Assembly: GCA_028724885.1 (NCBI GenBank)
Contig: JAQYTJ010000024.1
Location: 2,748-66,747 of the forward strand
DNA from: Bacteroidales bacterium
GTDB lineage: Bacteria > Bacteroidota > Bacteroidia > Bacteroidales > UBA932
Length of the DNA: 64,000 nucleotides
Direction: 5' to 3'
Below the pieces are notes generated by a model. The model made no database searches. It was not told where the DNA came from and saw nothing but the letters and a program-made list of their open reading frames with translations. The position numbers were made by a program, and so were the translations under genes. Positions 40,123 through 50,154 of this stretch are shown here, piece after piece (position 1 is the stretch's first letter; every line of letters begins with the position of its first letter).

Positions 40123-40902
40123 TTAAAAATTAACAGTAGTTTTTTCTATATAATCAAAGGTTGACAGCTGCTCGGCCCTGCCTTTACGGACAACAACCGT
40201 AAGCTCGAAATGCGCCGAATTCATGTGGTCCGCAGTGTGGACTGCCCAGCCATTCCTAGCCAGGTAAACCCCTCTGCCGCCAGCATTGATCATCGGCTCT
40301 ATGCAGATCACCATCCCATCGACAAGCCTGCATCCATGTCCGGGGCGCCCATAATTCGGAATCCCAGGCTCTTCGTGCATCTCCTTGCCGAGTCCGTGGC
40401 CTTCCAGCTCGCGAACGACGGAGAATCCGAAAGATTCAGCATACGACTGCACCGCGTATCCGATATCGCCAGTACGATTGCCTGCCACAGCCGCTTCTAT
40501 TACTTTATAGAGAGAAGCTTTAGTCACGTCCAGCAGCTTCTTGGTTTCCGGATTCACCTCCCCAACCGGGAAAGTGTAGGCAGAATCACCTTGATAGCCC
40601 TTGTAAATCGTGCCTATGTCAGCAGTGACGATGTCTCCCTCTTTCAAGACGTAGTCCGATGGAAAACCATGAACCACGACATCATTCACCGATGCGCAGA
40701 TAGCTGCGGGAAAACCTTCAAAACCTAAGAAGCTTGGAACAGCGCCATTGTCGCGGATGAATGTCTCAGCCACTTCATTCAACCTCGCGGTTGTCACACC
40801 TGGAGCGACTGCCTTTCCGACTTCTGCCAGTGTCTTCGATACAAGAATGGCATTTTCGCGCAACAGCGCTATCTCTTCTTCTGTTTTTGGTTTAACCATC
40901 AA
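40123..40902 (-). CDS. map: Methionine aminopeptidase type I
   Basis: SVNDVVVHGFP, ADIG, GHGLG, IEPMIN, HFE. Confidence 0.97.
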   Translation of the reverse strand: MMVKPKTEEEIALLRENAILVSKTLAEVGKAVAPGVTTARLNEVAETFIRDNGAVPSFLGFEGFPAAICASVNDVVVHGFPSDYVLKEGDIVTADIGTIYKGYQGDSAYTFPVGEVNPETKKLLDVTKASLYKVIEAAVAGNRTGDIGYAVQSYAESFGFSVVRELEGHGLGKEMHEEPGIPNYGRPGHGCRLVDGMVICIEPMINAGGRGVYLARNGWAVHTADHMNSAHFELTVVVRKGRAEQLSTFDYIEKTTVNF

Positions 40903-40928
40903 TCTTAAATTATCAATATATTAATATA

Positions 40929-42269
40929 TTACATTCCAGAACGTCCGCTAAGGCGGCCAGTCTTCATGAGGCCGTCGTAGTGACGCATCAGGAGGTAACT
41001 CTCAATCTGCTGAAGAGTATCAAGCAGCACACCCACAAGAATCAGCAGCGAAGTGCCACCAAAGAAACTTGCGAACTGGTCATTCACTCCAAGAATTCTT
41101 GCGAACGCAGGAAGGATGGCGATCATTGCCAGGAATATAGAGCCTGGAAGAGTAACCTTCGACATGATGGAATCAAGATAATTCATCGTGGCCTTGCCAG
41201 GCTTTACGCCAGGAATGAAACCACCGTTCTTCTTCATATCCTCTGCCATCATCTGCGGATTCACAGTGACAGCCGTGTAGAAGTAAGTGAATATGATGAC
41301 TAACATGCCGAATATGAAGTTATACCAGAATCCGGTGTAGTTACTTAACGTAGCCGCAAGACCTCTGGTCGCATCGAAGCGAGAGAAGAGGAGCGGGAAG
41401 AGCATCAGCGCCTGAGCGAAGATGATAGGCATCACGCCGGCAGCATTGATTTTCAAAGGAATATACTGACGAACTCCGCCGTATTGCCTGTTGCCGACCA
41501 CTCTCTTTGCGTACTGCACAGGAACTTTCCTGACACCCTGCACGAGGGCAATCGTAGCGACGATGACGAAGAACCATAGTATTAACTCCACGATGAGGGC
41601 AATCGCACCACCACCTGTCGTAGAGTTGAGTTTCGTACCCATTTCAGCAACAAGAGCGAAAGGCAGGCGAGCGACGATACCAATCATGATGAGGAGGGAA
41701 ATTCCATTCCCGATTCCTCTGTCGGTGATTCTTTCGCCCAGCCACATCACGAACATAGAGCCGGCCATCAGAATGATAGTAGCAACCAAGTTGAACGTGA
41801 AGTTGCTCCAGCCCAGCTGAGTCACGGCCGTAAATGCCGCTCCTGGGATCTGGCTGTGAATAGATGCTATGTAAGCAGGGCCCTGGATGCAGAGAATCAG
41901 AACAGTCAAGTATCTTGTGATCTGATTCATCTTCCTACGACCGCTCTCACCTTCGTACTGCAGCTTCTTGAAGTACGGAACGAACATTCCTAGAAGCTGG
42001 ATGACGATGGATGCAGAGATGTACGGCATGACGCCCAGTGCGAACACTGAGGCGTTACCGAACGCACCTCCTGAGAACATATTCAAGAGACCGACGAGAC
42101 CTTCCTGAGTCGTCGTCTGGAGCTGAGCAAGCATCTGTGTGTCGATGCCAGGCATCACGATGAAGCATCCGAGCCTGTAGACAAGGATCAGCGCCAAGGT
42201 ATAGCCTAGCCTCTTGCGGAGCTCCTCTATCTTGAATATATTCTTTATAGTCTCTATAAATTTCTTCAT
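40929..42269 (-). CDS. secY: Preprotein translocase subunit SecY
   Basis: FALGVMPYISASI, WLGERIT.RGIGNGISL, IPGVKPG, GGTSLLI. Confidence 0.98.
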   Translation of the reverse strand: MKKFIETIKNIFKIEELRKRLGYTLALILVYRLGCFIVMPGIDTQMLAQLQTTTQEGLVGLLNMFSGGAFGNASVFALGVMPYISASIVIQLLGMFVPYFKKLQYEGESGRRKMNQITRYLTVLILCIQGPAYIASIHSQIPGAAFTAVTQLGWSNFTFNLVATIILMAGSMFVMWLGERITDRGIGNGISLLIMIGIVARLPFALVAEMGTKLNSTTGGGAIALIVELILWFFVIVATIALVQGVRKVPVQYAKRVVGNRQYGGVRQYIPLKINAAGVMPIIFAQALMLFPLLFSRFDATRGLAATLSNYTGFWYNFIFGMLVIIFTYFYTAVTVNPQMMAEDMKKNGGFIPGVKPGKATMNYLDSIMSKVTLPGSIFLAMIAILPAFARILGVNDQFASFFGGTSLLILVGVLLDTLQQIESYLLMRHYDGLMKTGRLSGRSGM

Positions 42270-42271
42270 CG

Positions 42272-42724
42272 TTACTTGCCGATTACGTTAGCCTTTCCGC
42301 CTGCTGCCTCAAGTTTCGAGATAGCCGAAGCGCTGAAGGCATCAGCAGTCACGTTGAGAGCTGCATTGACCTCGCCGTTGCCTAGAACCTTCACGAGGCT
42401 CTTCTTGTCTGCGAGACCTGCAGCCTTGATGTCCTCGATACCAAGTTCGGTTTTACCGATTTTCTCTGAAAGAGCTTGCAGGGCAGAAACGTTTACTGGC
42501 TGATATTCGATTCTTGTTGGATTCTTGAACCCGAATTTAGGAAGACGCCTCTGAATAGGCATTTGGCCTCCTTCAAATCCTATCTTGTGCTCGTATCCTG
42601 AACGCTGCTTGGCACCGTTCATGCCACGGGTCGATGTACCGCCATGGCCTGAACCTTCACCACGCCCTACTCGTTTTCTTGAATGCGTAGCGCCTTTTGC
42701 TGGCTTTAAGTTATGCAATTTCAT
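42272..42724 (-). CDS. rplO: 50S ribosomal protein L15
   Basis: RVGRGEGSGHGGTSTRG, GFEGGQMPIQRRLPK. Confidence 0.98.
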   Translation of the reverse strand: MKLHNLKPAKGATHSRKRVGRGEGSGHGGTSTRGMNGAKQRSGYEHKIGFEGGQMPIQRRLPKFGFKNPTRIEYQPVNVSALQALSEKIGKTELGIEDIKAAGLADKKSLVKVLGNGEVNAALNVTADAFSASAISKLEAAGGKANVIGK

Positions 42725-42736
42725 TTCTTAGTCCTC

Positions 42737-42919
42737 CTAATTAATTTCTTCAACTACAACCACATGCTGGACTTTTCTTACCATGCCTTCAGAAACAGGT
42801 GTCTTCTCCACCTCCACTGTATGCCTGATGCGACGAAGACCGAGAGACCTAAGATTTGCGATCTGCCTCTTATCCAGTCCGCTTCTGCTCTTTATCTGAG
42901 TGATTCTTAGTTTTGTCAT
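42737..42919 (-). CDS. rpmD: 50S ribosomal protein L30
   Basis: LRITQIKS, LRSLGLRRI; position between rpsE and rplO. Confidence 0.95.
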   Translation of the reverse strand: MTKLRITQIKSRSGLDKRQIANLRSLGLRRIRHTVEVEKTPVSEGMVRKVQHVVVVEEIN

Positions 42920-42930
42920 ATCTGTGCCTC

Positions 42931-43449
42931 CTATCCGTTAAATACCTTACTCATTGGAACTCCGCGAAGCCCAGCCACAGTGTATGCGTCCCTCATCTCG
43001 GTCAGAGCCTTAACAGTGGCTTTAACCAAGTTGTGAGGGTTGGATGAACCCTTAGATTTAGCAAGCACATTCTGTATGCCAGCTGACTCGAACACAGCAC
43101 GCATTGCGCCACCGGCCTTAACGCCGGTACCAGGAGCGGCTGGCTTCATGAATACGACGGAACCTCCGAATTTAGCCTCCTGCTCGTGAGGGATAGTGGT
43201 GTTGATGATGGGGATCTTAACCAGATTCTTCTTAGCATCCTCAACTCCCTTAGCGATTGCGGCCGTGACCTCATTTGCTTTTCCAAGACCATAACCTACA
43301 ACGCCATTCTCATCTCCTACGACCACGATGGCTGCAAAACGGAAGTGACGTCCTCCTTTGGTGACCTTGGTCACTCTTTCGATGGCGACCAGTCTGTCTT
43401 TTAATTCAAGATCAGATGTCTTAACTCTTTTTACGTTCGTATTTGCCAT
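42931..43449 (-). CDS. rpsE: 30S ribosomal protein S5
   Basis: [27 protein letters not shown]. Confidence 0.98.
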   Translation of the reverse strand: MANTNVKRVKTSDLELKDRLVAIERVTKVTKGGRHFRFAAIVVVGDENGVVGYGLGKANEVTAAIAKGVEDAKKNLVKIPIINTTIPHEQEAKFGGSVVFMKPAAPGTGVKAGGAMRAVFESAGIQNVLAKSKGSSNPHNLVKATVKALTEMRDAYTVAGLRGVPMSKVFNG

Positions 43450-43454
43450 AGTCT

Positions 43455-43817
43455 TTAGAAAATAAGGCCACCTTCACGGGCGGCATCTGCCAAACTTTTA
43501 ACTCTGCCATGATAGAGATAGCCTCCGCGGTCGAAAGATACGGTAGTGATGCCTTTCTCTTTCGCACGCTCCGCAATAGCTTTCCCTACGATGGCAGCAG
43601 CATCGATTCCATTCTTGCCTTTGCATTCAGCGGCAAGACCTTTATCATTGGATGCAGCTGCAACGAGGGTTACTCCTTTCACATCATCCACGACCTGTAC
43701 ATAGATGTACTTGTTGCTGCGGAATACGACCATCCTCGGTCTCTCGGCAGTCCCATTCACATGCTTGCGAATGCGGTAGTGGATCCTTTGTCTTCTTTCT
43801 GTTTTATTCAATGCCAT
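43455..43817 (-). CDS. rplR: 50S ribosomal protein L18
   Basis: [38 protein letters not shown]. Confidence 0.98.
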   Translation of the reverse strand: MALNKTERRQRIHYRIRKHVNGTAERPRMVVFRSNKYIYVQVVDDVKGVTLVAAASNDKGLAAECKGKNGIDAAAIVGKAIAERAKEKGITTVSFDRGGYLYHGRVKSLADAAREGGLIF

Positions 43818-43832
43818 AATCTAGGTCCTCCA

Positions 43833-44393
43833 TTATTTAGCTGCGGCTGTCTTGCCAGCCTTGCGACGAAGCTGCTCGCCAGCAAACTTAATACCCTTAC
43901 CCTTGTAAGGTTCAGGCCTGCGGAATGAACGAATCTTTGCTGCAACCTCACCGAGAAGCTGCTTGTCGATGCTCTTTAGCACCAGAACAGGATTCTCCCC
44001 CTTCTTCACATCAGGAACTTCAGCCTTAATCTCAGGCGCAAGCATCAGCTGAATCTCATGCGAATATCCCAGGGAGAAGATAAGAATCTGTCCCTGAACG
44101 GACACGCGATAGCCGACGCCGACTAGTTCCTGTTTTTTCTCGTAGCCTTTTGAAACGCCTACGACCATGTTATGCACGAGCGCGCGGTACAGGCCATGCA
44201 TGGAACGATGCCTTGGCTGATTAGTAGGACGTTCGAATTTAATTTCATTATCCTCGATGGTGACTTTGATGTCCGGATCTACTTTCTGGGACAGTTCACC
44301 AAGAGGTCCTTTAACCTTCACAACGTTGCCAGGAAGAAGCTCTACGCTCACCTTGTCCGGAAGGCTTACAGGCAATTTACCAATTCGTGACAT
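43833..44393 (-). CDS. rplF: 50S ribosomal protein L6
   Basis: MSRIGKLPV, GVGYR, RRPEPYKGKGI. Confidence 0.98.
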   Translation of the reverse strand: MSRIGKLPVSLPDKVSVELLPGNVVKVKGPLGELSQKVDPDIKVTIEDNEIKFERPTNQPRHRSMHGLYRALVHNMVVGVSKGYEKKQELVGVGYRVSVQGQILIFSLGYSHEIQLMLAPEIKAEVPDVKKGENPVLVLKSIDKQLLGEVAAKIRSFRRPEPYKGKGIKFAGEQLRRKAGKTAAAK

Positions 44394-44410
44394 TATTGAT
44401 TCTTTTTAAA

Positions 44411-44806
44411 TTAATACACATAGCACACAACTTCGCCGCCTACGTTCTCTGTCTTAGCGGCCTTGTCAGTGATGACTCCTTTCGACGTAGAAAGGATGGC
44501 TATTCCCAGACCATTCAAGACACGTGGAATATTGTCCACGGAAGCATAAACGCGGAGACCCGGCGTAGACACGCGCTCAATTTTCTTGATAGCGGCCATT
44601 TTGGTCTGAGGATGATACTTCAGAGCGATCTTGATAGTGTTGAACGGGTGACCCTCAACGATCTTGTAGCTGAGGATGTAACCCTCGTCGAAAAGAATCC
44701 TAGTGATGGCTTCTTTCATTTTAGAAGAAGGGATTTCCACCACTTTCTTTCCGGCAGAATAAGCATTGCGAATTCTTGTAAGATAATCTGCAATTGGATC
44801 AGTCAT
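44411..44806 (-). CDS. rpsH: 30S ribosomal protein S8
   Basis: True start MTDPIADYLTRIRN at 44806 (the ORF track extends upstream); STPGLRVY, GGEVVC. Confidence 0.97.
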   Translation of the reverse strand: MTDPIADYLTRIRNAYSAGKKVVEIPSSKMKEAITRILFDEGYILSYKIVEGHPFNTIKIALKYHPQTKMAAIKKIERVSTPGLRVYASVDNIPRVLNGLGIAILSTSKGVITDKAAKTENVGGEVVCYVY

Positions 44807-44870
44807 GATTTTATTTTTTTTGTAGATCGACGCCACCAAGGCGCCCGATATCCGATTGTTAATATATTGT

Positions 44871-45140
44871 CTACCAGCTGGCTTTCTTAACACCCGGGAT
44901 TAGGCCATTGCTGGCCATCTCACGGAACTGGATCCTGCTGAGGCCGAAAGCCCTCATGTATCCTTTCGGACGACCGGTCAGAGAGCAGCGATTATGCAAG
45001 CGCACCCTTGATGAATTCTTAGGGAGCTTGTCAAGTGCTGCCCAGTCACCTGCCTCTTTAAGAGCTTTCCTCTTCTCGGCATATTTAGCAACCAGTTTTT
45101 CGCGTTTTACTTCGCGAGCCTTCATTGATTCTTTTGCCAT
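44871..45140 (-). CDS. rpsN: 30S ribosomal protein S14
   Basis: [30 protein letters not shown]. Confidence 0.98.
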   Translation of the reverse strand: MAKESMKAREVKREKLVAKYAEKRKALKEAGDWAALDKLPKNSSRVRLHNRCSLTGRPKGYMRAFGLSRIQFREMASNGLIPGVKKASW

Positions 45141-45145
45141 ATTCT

Positions 45146-45751
45146 TTAATTATTATGTTTCCTGAATGGCAGACCGAACTCGGCGAGAAGAGCGTGCGCC
45201 TCCTCATCAGTCTTGGCAGTAGTCACGAAAGTGACTTCCATGCCATGGATTCTTGGGTTCTTGTCTATGTCAACCTCTGGGAAGATAATCTGTTCTTTCA
45301 GGCCGAGGGTGTAGTTGCCCTGGCCGTCCATCTTCTCAGCTATTCCGTTGAAGTCCCTGATACGAGGGAGCGAAACCCTGACGAGCCTCTCAAGAAACTC
45401 GTACATCTTCACGTTACGGAGAGTAACTTTCACTCCGATAGGCATGCCCTTACGAAGCTTGAAGTTAGAAACGTCTTTCTTTGAATATGTCAGGATAGGT
45501 TTCTGACCTACTATAAGTGCAAGCTCTTCTGCTGCCTCTTCAACAAGTTTCTTGTCCTGAGTAGCCTCGCCTATACCCTCGTTGATAGTAATTTTCTCAA
45601 GCTTAGGGCACTGCATGACTGAAGTATAAGAGAACTGCTTCATGAGCTTCGGCACGATCTCTTCCCTATATACCTTCCTGAGGGTTGGGACATATCCCTT
45701 TGGCAGAACCTGTTCTGCCGCTGGTTTCTTTGCTGTAGCTTTCTTTGCCAT
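45146..45751 (-). CDS. rplE: 50S ribosomal protein L5
   Basis: [28 protein letters not shown]; short K/A-rich N-terminal extension. Confidence 0.98.
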   Translation of the reverse strand: MAKKATAKKPAAEQVLPKGYVPTLRKVYREEIVPKLMKQFSYTSVMQCPKLEKITINEGIGEATQDKKLVEEAAEELALIVGQKPILTYSKKDVSNFKLRKGMPIGVKVTLRNVKMYEFLERLVRVSLPRIRDFNGIAEKMDGQGNYTLGLKEQIIFPEVDIDKNPRIHGMEVTFVTTAKTDEEAHALLAEFGLPFRKHNN

Positions 45752-45752
45752 A

Positions 45753-46085
45753 TTACTTTATCTCCTCTCCTGATTTCTTGGCGTAGCGAATCTTCTTTCC
45801 GTCTACGAACTTATAGCCAACTCTTGTAGGCACTGGCTTCTGAGCAGTGCTCTTAGCAGGATCCAGAAGCTGCACGTTTGAAATGTGAATGCTGCCTTCC
45901 TGTTTGATGATGCCGCCCTGTGGCTGCTTTGCATTTGGTTTGGTGTGCTTGCTGACAATATTGACACCTTCCACGATGACACGATCCTTATCACGAAGGA
46001 CAGACAGAACCTTTCCGCGCATGCCCTTGTTATCCCCAGCGTTTACGTAAACCGTGTCGCCTTTCTTTATGTGAAACTTTTTCAT
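45753..46085 (-). CDS. rplX: 50S ribosomal protein L24
   Basis: IKKGDTV..AGDNKG, VEGVN, IHISNV. Confidence 0.98.
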   Translation of the reverse strand: MKKFHIKKGDTVYVNAGDNKGMRGKVLSVLRDKDRVIVEGVNIVSKHTKPNAKQPQGGIIKQEGSIHISNVQLLDPAKSTAQKPVPTRVGYKFVDGKKIRYAKKSGEEIK

Positions 46086-46097
46086 AATCGCAAAATA

Positions 46098-46463
46098 TTA
46101 AAGAACCTCAGGTGCCAGAGAAACGATTTTCATGAAGCGTTCACGCAGTTCCCTTGCCACCGGACCGAAAATACGCGTTCCGCGAAGCTCGCCTGCGTTA
46201 TTCAAAAGGACGCAAGCATTGTCATCGAAACGGATGTATGAACCGTCTGATCTGCGAACCTCTTTCTTTGTGCGTACTACGACTGCCTTAGAGACGGTCC
46301 CTTTCTTAGCGTCACCGCCAGAGACAGCACTTTCAACAGCAACGACAATCTGGTCGCCTACTGTCGCATATCTATGGTGTGTGCCTCCGAGCACACGGAT
46401 GCAAAGAACTTCCTTCGCTCCGCTGTTGTCGGCCACCTGTAAACGTGTTTCCTGCTGTATCAT
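46098..46463 (-). CDS. rplN: 50S ribosomal protein L14
   Basis: [36 protein letters not shown]. Confidence 0.98.
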   Translation of the reverse strand: MIQQETRLQVADNSGAKEVLCIRVLGGTHHRYATVGDQIVVAVESAVSGGDAKKGTVSKAVVVRTKKEVRRSDGSYIRFDDNACVLLNNAGELRGTRIFGPVARELRERFMKIVSLAPEVL

Positions 46464-46465
46464 GA

Positions 46466-46720
46466 TTACTTAACTTTTTCTACGATTTTAACTAATCTCC
46501 ATCTCTTAGTCTTGCTGAGTGGACGGGTTTCCATAATGAGCACCCTATCGCCTTCATCGCACTCGTTCTTGTCATCCTGCGCGACGAACTTGGTGGTCTT
46601 ATTGATGAATTTCCCGTAGAGAGGGTGAGATTTCTTAGTCTCGACTGCAACCACGATGGTCTTATCCATCTTGTTGCTGACCACTGTCCCGATTCTTTCC
46701 TTACGAAGATTCCTTTCCAT
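46466..46720 (-). CDS. rpsQ: 30S ribosomal protein S17
   Basis: [25 protein letters not shown]. Confidence 0.98.
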   Translation of the reverse strand: MERNLRKERIGTVVSNKMDKTIVVAVETKKSHPLYGKFINKTTKFVAQDDKNECDEGDRVLIMETRPLSKTKRWRLVKIVEKVK

Positions 46721-46725
46721 AAGCT

Positions 46726-46926
46726 TTAATTTTTCTGAGCCTTTTCTTTTTCAGCCAGGATAGTGATCATACGAGCGATATCCTTTCTGATTTTCTTAAA
46801 TTCCGATGTGTTTTCCACTGGAGAGACTGAATGGTTGAGCCTTAAAGTATCAAGCCTGTTCTTCTCTACCTGGATGCGGTCGTGTAAATCTGCAATCGAC
46901 ATCTCACGAACTTCTGCTGGTTTCAT
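46726..46926 (-). CDS. rpmC: 50S ribosomal protein L29
   Basis: [10 protein letters not shown]; position between rplP and rpsQ. Confidence 0.95.
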   Translation of the reverse strand: MKPAEVREMSIADLHDRIQVEKNRLDTLRLNHSVSPVENTSEFKKIRKDIARMITILAEKEKAQKN

Positions 46927-46945
46927 ATTCTTATCTCTCCATTAA

Positions 46946-47368
46946 TTATTCTTCAATATAATCTCTGCGAACGACGAATTTAGTCGCTATAGGAAGTTTG
47001 TTGGCAGCAAGACGCATAGCCTCCTTAGCCACTGCGAGCGGAACACCCTCAGCCTCGAAAAGAATACGCCCTGGAGTCACAGGAGCCACATAACCCTGAA
47101 CATCGCCTTTACCTTTTCCCATACGGGTATCGAGAGGCTTCTTCGTGAATGGCTTCACTGGGAATATCCTAATCCAGATCTGCCCCTCACGATTCATGTA
47201 ACGCGAAATAGCCTGACGAGCCGACTCGATCTGCTGAGCGGTCACCCAGCAATTCTCGAGGGTCTTAAGTCCGAAAGAGCCGAATGCAAGCTGGTTGCCT
47301 CTCTGAGCCATACCCTTCATCACATTCTTTTGTTCTCTTCTGTACTTGGTTTTCTTTGGTTGTAACAT
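46946..47368 (-). CDS. rplP: 50S ribosomal protein L16
   Basis: [30 protein letters not shown]. Confidence 0.98.
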   Translation of the reverse strand: MLQPKKTKYRREQKNVMKGMAQRGNQLAFGSFGLKTLENCWVTAQQIESARQAISRYMNREGQIWIRIFPVKPFTKKPLDTRMGKGKGDVQGYVAPVTPGRILFEAEGVPLAVAKEAMRLAANKLPIATKFVVRRDYIEE

Positions 47369-47453
47369 TGCTGTATTACTTTAATAAACATCTTATCTTC
47401 CTAAACTACTGAGAATCAGCGATTATGCTATAAACCCTTAGTTTTGGGGACTG

Positions 47454-47461
47454 CAAATTTA
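47454..47461 (-). promoter_or_regulatory. -7 promoter box heading the rplP...rplQ transcript
   Basis: TAAATTTG(CA) on minus about 85 nt upstream of rplP; TTTG on minus at 47480-47483. Confidence 0.65.
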
Positions 47462-47641
47462 GCAAAAAAATATGTAAAACAAACATATTTCAAAAAATTC
47501 TTATTGTTTTTCGTCACGAAAATCAACAGATGAACTAGATAATTTTCAGAGAATTATGAATTTCACCGAAAATGTTTTCGTAGCAATTTCGACACGACAT
47601 CCATACGCTTAAAGTCATGGCATGGAATTTATGGATATGTA

Positions 47642-47649
47642 TATCTTTG
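47642..47649 (+). promoter_or_regulatory. -7 promoter box for the DUF4294-like gene
   Basis: TATCTTTG 8 nt before ATG 47658. Confidence 0.55.
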
Positions 47650-47657
47650 CTGACACG

Positions 47658-48353
47658 ATGAAAAAACACGCACTGACATACTCATTAGCTTTCTGCTTTC
47701 TGCTCATGACGACCATCATCCTAGCCGCCCAGGACGACGTTAAGCGTCAAAGCAGCAACTCGAATTCTGGATACATGGGCTATAGGATAGAGCAGGGCGA
47801 CACTGTCTATTATGATGCGATAGACCCAATCTGGGTTTTCCCGAAGGGCAAAGGCAGCTCTAAAGAGCTGAAACAGTATTACAAGCTGGTCTACAATTTC
47901 AATAAAGTCTATCCGTATGCCATAGTAGCCAAAGACCTTATCAAGGAAGCGGACGAATACCTGGCTGCGAACCACTTGAGCAGGCGCCAAAGGGAGAAAT
48001 ACATAGGCAGCGTGCAGAAAAAGCTGTTCAATGCCTATGAGCAGCCGCTTCGCCACATGACCTTCTCACAAGGACGGCTGCTAATCAAGCTGATAGACCG
48101 AGAAATAGGAAAGACTCCTTATAAAATAATAAAGCAATATAAGAACGGCATAATGGCTGGCTTCTGGCAAGGAGTGGCAAAAATCTTCAAGAATGACCTG
48201 AAGAAAAACTACGATCCGCAAGGGGAAGACAAGATGACAGAATATCTCGTCGAGAAATGGCAGAGAGGCGAATTCGATGCCCTCTATTATTCAGTATTCT
48301 ATGAAATGCCGAAGCATCCAAAGCTCGCATCGGCTGAGTTGAACAAGAAATAA
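47658..48353 (+). CDS. DUF4294-like exported protein
   Basis: Signal peptide ending in ILA; motifs LVYNFNKVYPYA, TFSQGRLLIKLIDRE, FWQGVAKIF..DLK..YDP recalled as typical of DUF4294. Confidence 0.75.
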   Translation: MKKHALTYSLAFCFLLMTTIILAAQDDVKRQSSNSNSGYMGYRIEQGDTVYYDAIDPIWVFPKGKGSSKELKQYYKLVYNFNKVYPYAIVAKDLIKEADEYLAANHLSRRQREKYIGSVQKKLFNAYEQPLRHMTFSQGRLLIKLIDREIGKTPYKIIKQYKNGIMAGFWQGVAKIFKNDLKKNYDPQGEDKMTEYLVEKWQRGEFDALYYSVFYEMPKHPKLASAELNKK

Positions 48354-49051
48354 TCCTCCTCGCCTGCATCCATCCAGTCTTTCAAAACGAGCAGCCTTGC
48401 ACCATCAGGAAGCGCAATGTCTAACTTGAGGTGGAAGTGTCCAAATATGAAATAATCAACATGGTGCTTCTTCAAATATTCTAAGGAATATATATACAAA
48501 GGTTCTTCCTCTCCTCTGAATACATATGGAACATTTTTCGCAACTCTGCTATGTTTCGACCAGCTTTTCCCGAAGCGGAAAGCCAGCCAAGGATGAAGCA
48601 GACTGAATATTCTTTGAAAAAACGGCTTACGGAAACCCCAGCGCATCAACTTATACCACTTGTGTCCAGGACCCAGGCCATCCCCGTGGCCGAGACAGAA
48701 ATCCTTCCCTCCTATATTAATATAATATGGCTGCTGAAGTATCTGCATTCCCAATTCCTTGAAATACCAGTAGCACCATATGTCGTGATTGCCTTGGAAG
48801 AAATAAACCTTCACGCCAGCATCCATAAGGTCCATAAGGGTAGAGAAAACTCTCACATAGCCCTTCGGGACAACGTCCCAGTACTCATACCAGAAATCCC
48901 AGATGTCACCAAGCATGTATAAGGCTTCCGTTTTCTCAGGTGGAATGGACCGCAGGAATTTAACGAACCTGCGCTCCCTGTCCTTAGGGTCTTTCACATC
49001 CAAGCCAAGATGTACGTCGGAGACGAAATATGTCAGCGTTCTGTCAGCCAT
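48299..49051 (-). CDS. lpxH: UDP-2,3-diacylglucosamine diphosphatase (LpxH-like)
   Basis: FVSDVHLG, LGDIWDFW, QGNHD, HGDGL, FGHFH. Confidence 0.8.
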   Translation of the reverse strand: MADRTLTYFVSDVHLGLDVKDPKDRERRFVKFLRSIPPEKTEALYMLGDIWDFWYEYWDVVPKGYVRVFSTLMDLMDAGVKVYFFQGNHDIWCYWYFKELGMQILQQPYYINIGGKDFCLGHGDGLGPGHKWYKLMRWGFRKPFFQRIFSLLHPWLAFRFGKSWSKHSRVAKNVPYVFRGEEEPLYIYSLEYLKKHHVDYFIFGHFHLKLDIALPDGARLLVLKDWMDAGEEDYFLFNSADASFGCFGIS

Positions 49052-49876
49052 TTAAAAGAATATGAGAAGCAGCAAAGCCACGACTAGACAATAAAGAGCG
49101 AACCACGAGAGCCTTGCCTTCTTCACTATCGAGATCATCACCTTGCAGGCGAATAGGCCAGCGAAAAAAGCTCCGAGGAAGCCTAAGATAATGCTTTCCG
49201 ATCCAATTCCCCCGTCGAAAGATCCGCCTGAAATGCCTTTAGCCAAATCCAGCAGCTGCTCGCCGATGATAGGGATTAGCACCATGAGGAATGAGAATTG
49301 GGCCATTACATTTCGCCTGACTCCGCAGATTAGTCCTGTAGCGATTGTAGTACCAGAGCGAGACAGACCCGGAGCCACTGCGAAAGCCTGGCCAAGACCG
49401 ACCACGAAGGCCTGCAAATAAGTTATTCCATTCCTATATTTATTCGCTGAGGCAGGCTCAGCGGAAGACCTCTGCCTTCCAGCCTTATCGGAGAGGTATA
49501 ATAGTATGGCAGTGATTATCAAGCATACAGCCACCGTGAACAAATTATCGCCGAATAAAGCCTCCACTTTATCCTTGAAGAAAAAACCGACTATGGCGAC
49601 CGGAATCACTGAGACCAAGACTTTAAGAATATAATCAGTCTCGTCGTTGTACTTAAATTTAAAGAAGCCTTTCAGCAAATCGCAAATCACTTTCCAGAAC
49701 ACGACTATGGTGCTGAGCACCGTAGCGAAATGCACAGTGACAGTGAAATCCAAGAAACCTTCAGTGTCTGCGCCCAACAGCTCGCGAGCTATCATAAGAT
49801 GACCGCTGGAACTAACCGGCAGGAATTCGGTAAGCCCTTGCACGATTCCCAGCAGCAAAGCCTGCCACCAATCCAT
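49052..49876 (-). CDS. uppP: Undecaprenyl-diphosphate phosphatase
   Basis: GIVQGLTEFLPVSSSGH, PGLSRSGTTI, FSFLM. Confidence 0.96.
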   Translation of the reverse strand: MDWWQALLLGIVQGLTEFLPVSSSGHLMIARELLGADTEGFLDFTVTVHFATVLSTIVVFWKVICDLLKGFFKFKYNDETDYILKVLVSVIPVAIVGFFFKDKVEALFGDNLFTVAVCLIITAILLYLSDKAGRQRSSAEPASANKYRNGITYLQAFVVGLGQAFAVAPGLSRSGTTIATGLICGVRRNVMAQFSFLMVLIPIIGEQLLDLAKGISGGSFDGGIGSESIILGFLGAFFAGLFACKVMISIVKKARLSWFALYCLVVALLLLIFF

Positions 49877-50148
49877 TACTTCTTTTCCTCCGAGTTAATG
49901 CGCGGCCTCTTTATTATGGCCACGATTTCAATTGCGATTCCGCAAATAATAACTATCGGAGCTGCGACCAGGCGTCTAAAGTCGAACATCGAATAGTTGA
50001 AGACGTTAGGATCTTTCATTCCGCCACCCATCAACAGGAGGAATCCTGCTATCATTACAAGCACTCCGATAACCATCATCCATATTCCTCTGCTGGTGAT
50101 AGCCATCTTCGGATTATCCGGGATTTGAGTTTTTTTAGACTTTGACAT
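49876..50148 (-). CDS. DUF3098-like small membrane protein
   Basis: Two TM helices, GFLLLMGG..DPNVFN..MFDFRR..APIV; usual position between ftsX and uppP. Confidence 0.8.
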   Translation of the reverse strand: MSKSKKTQIPDNPKMAITSRGIWMMVIGVLVMIAGFLLLMGGGMKDPNVFNYSMFDFRRLVAAPIVIICGIAIEIVAIIKRPRINSEEKK

Positions 50149-50154
50149 ATTTAT

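Noticed and set aside
44807-44893. N-terminal extension of S8 in the ORF track (also extended starts for ftsX, the ThiD-AraC fusion, DUF4294 and both transposases)
   Set aside because: Downstream ATGs match the family N-termini; the extensions overlap promoters or upstream genes.
39764-45140. Zinc-ribbon-deficient L36 and S14 as zinc-starvation paralogues
   Set aside because: These forms in the main operon are standard for Bacteroidota.
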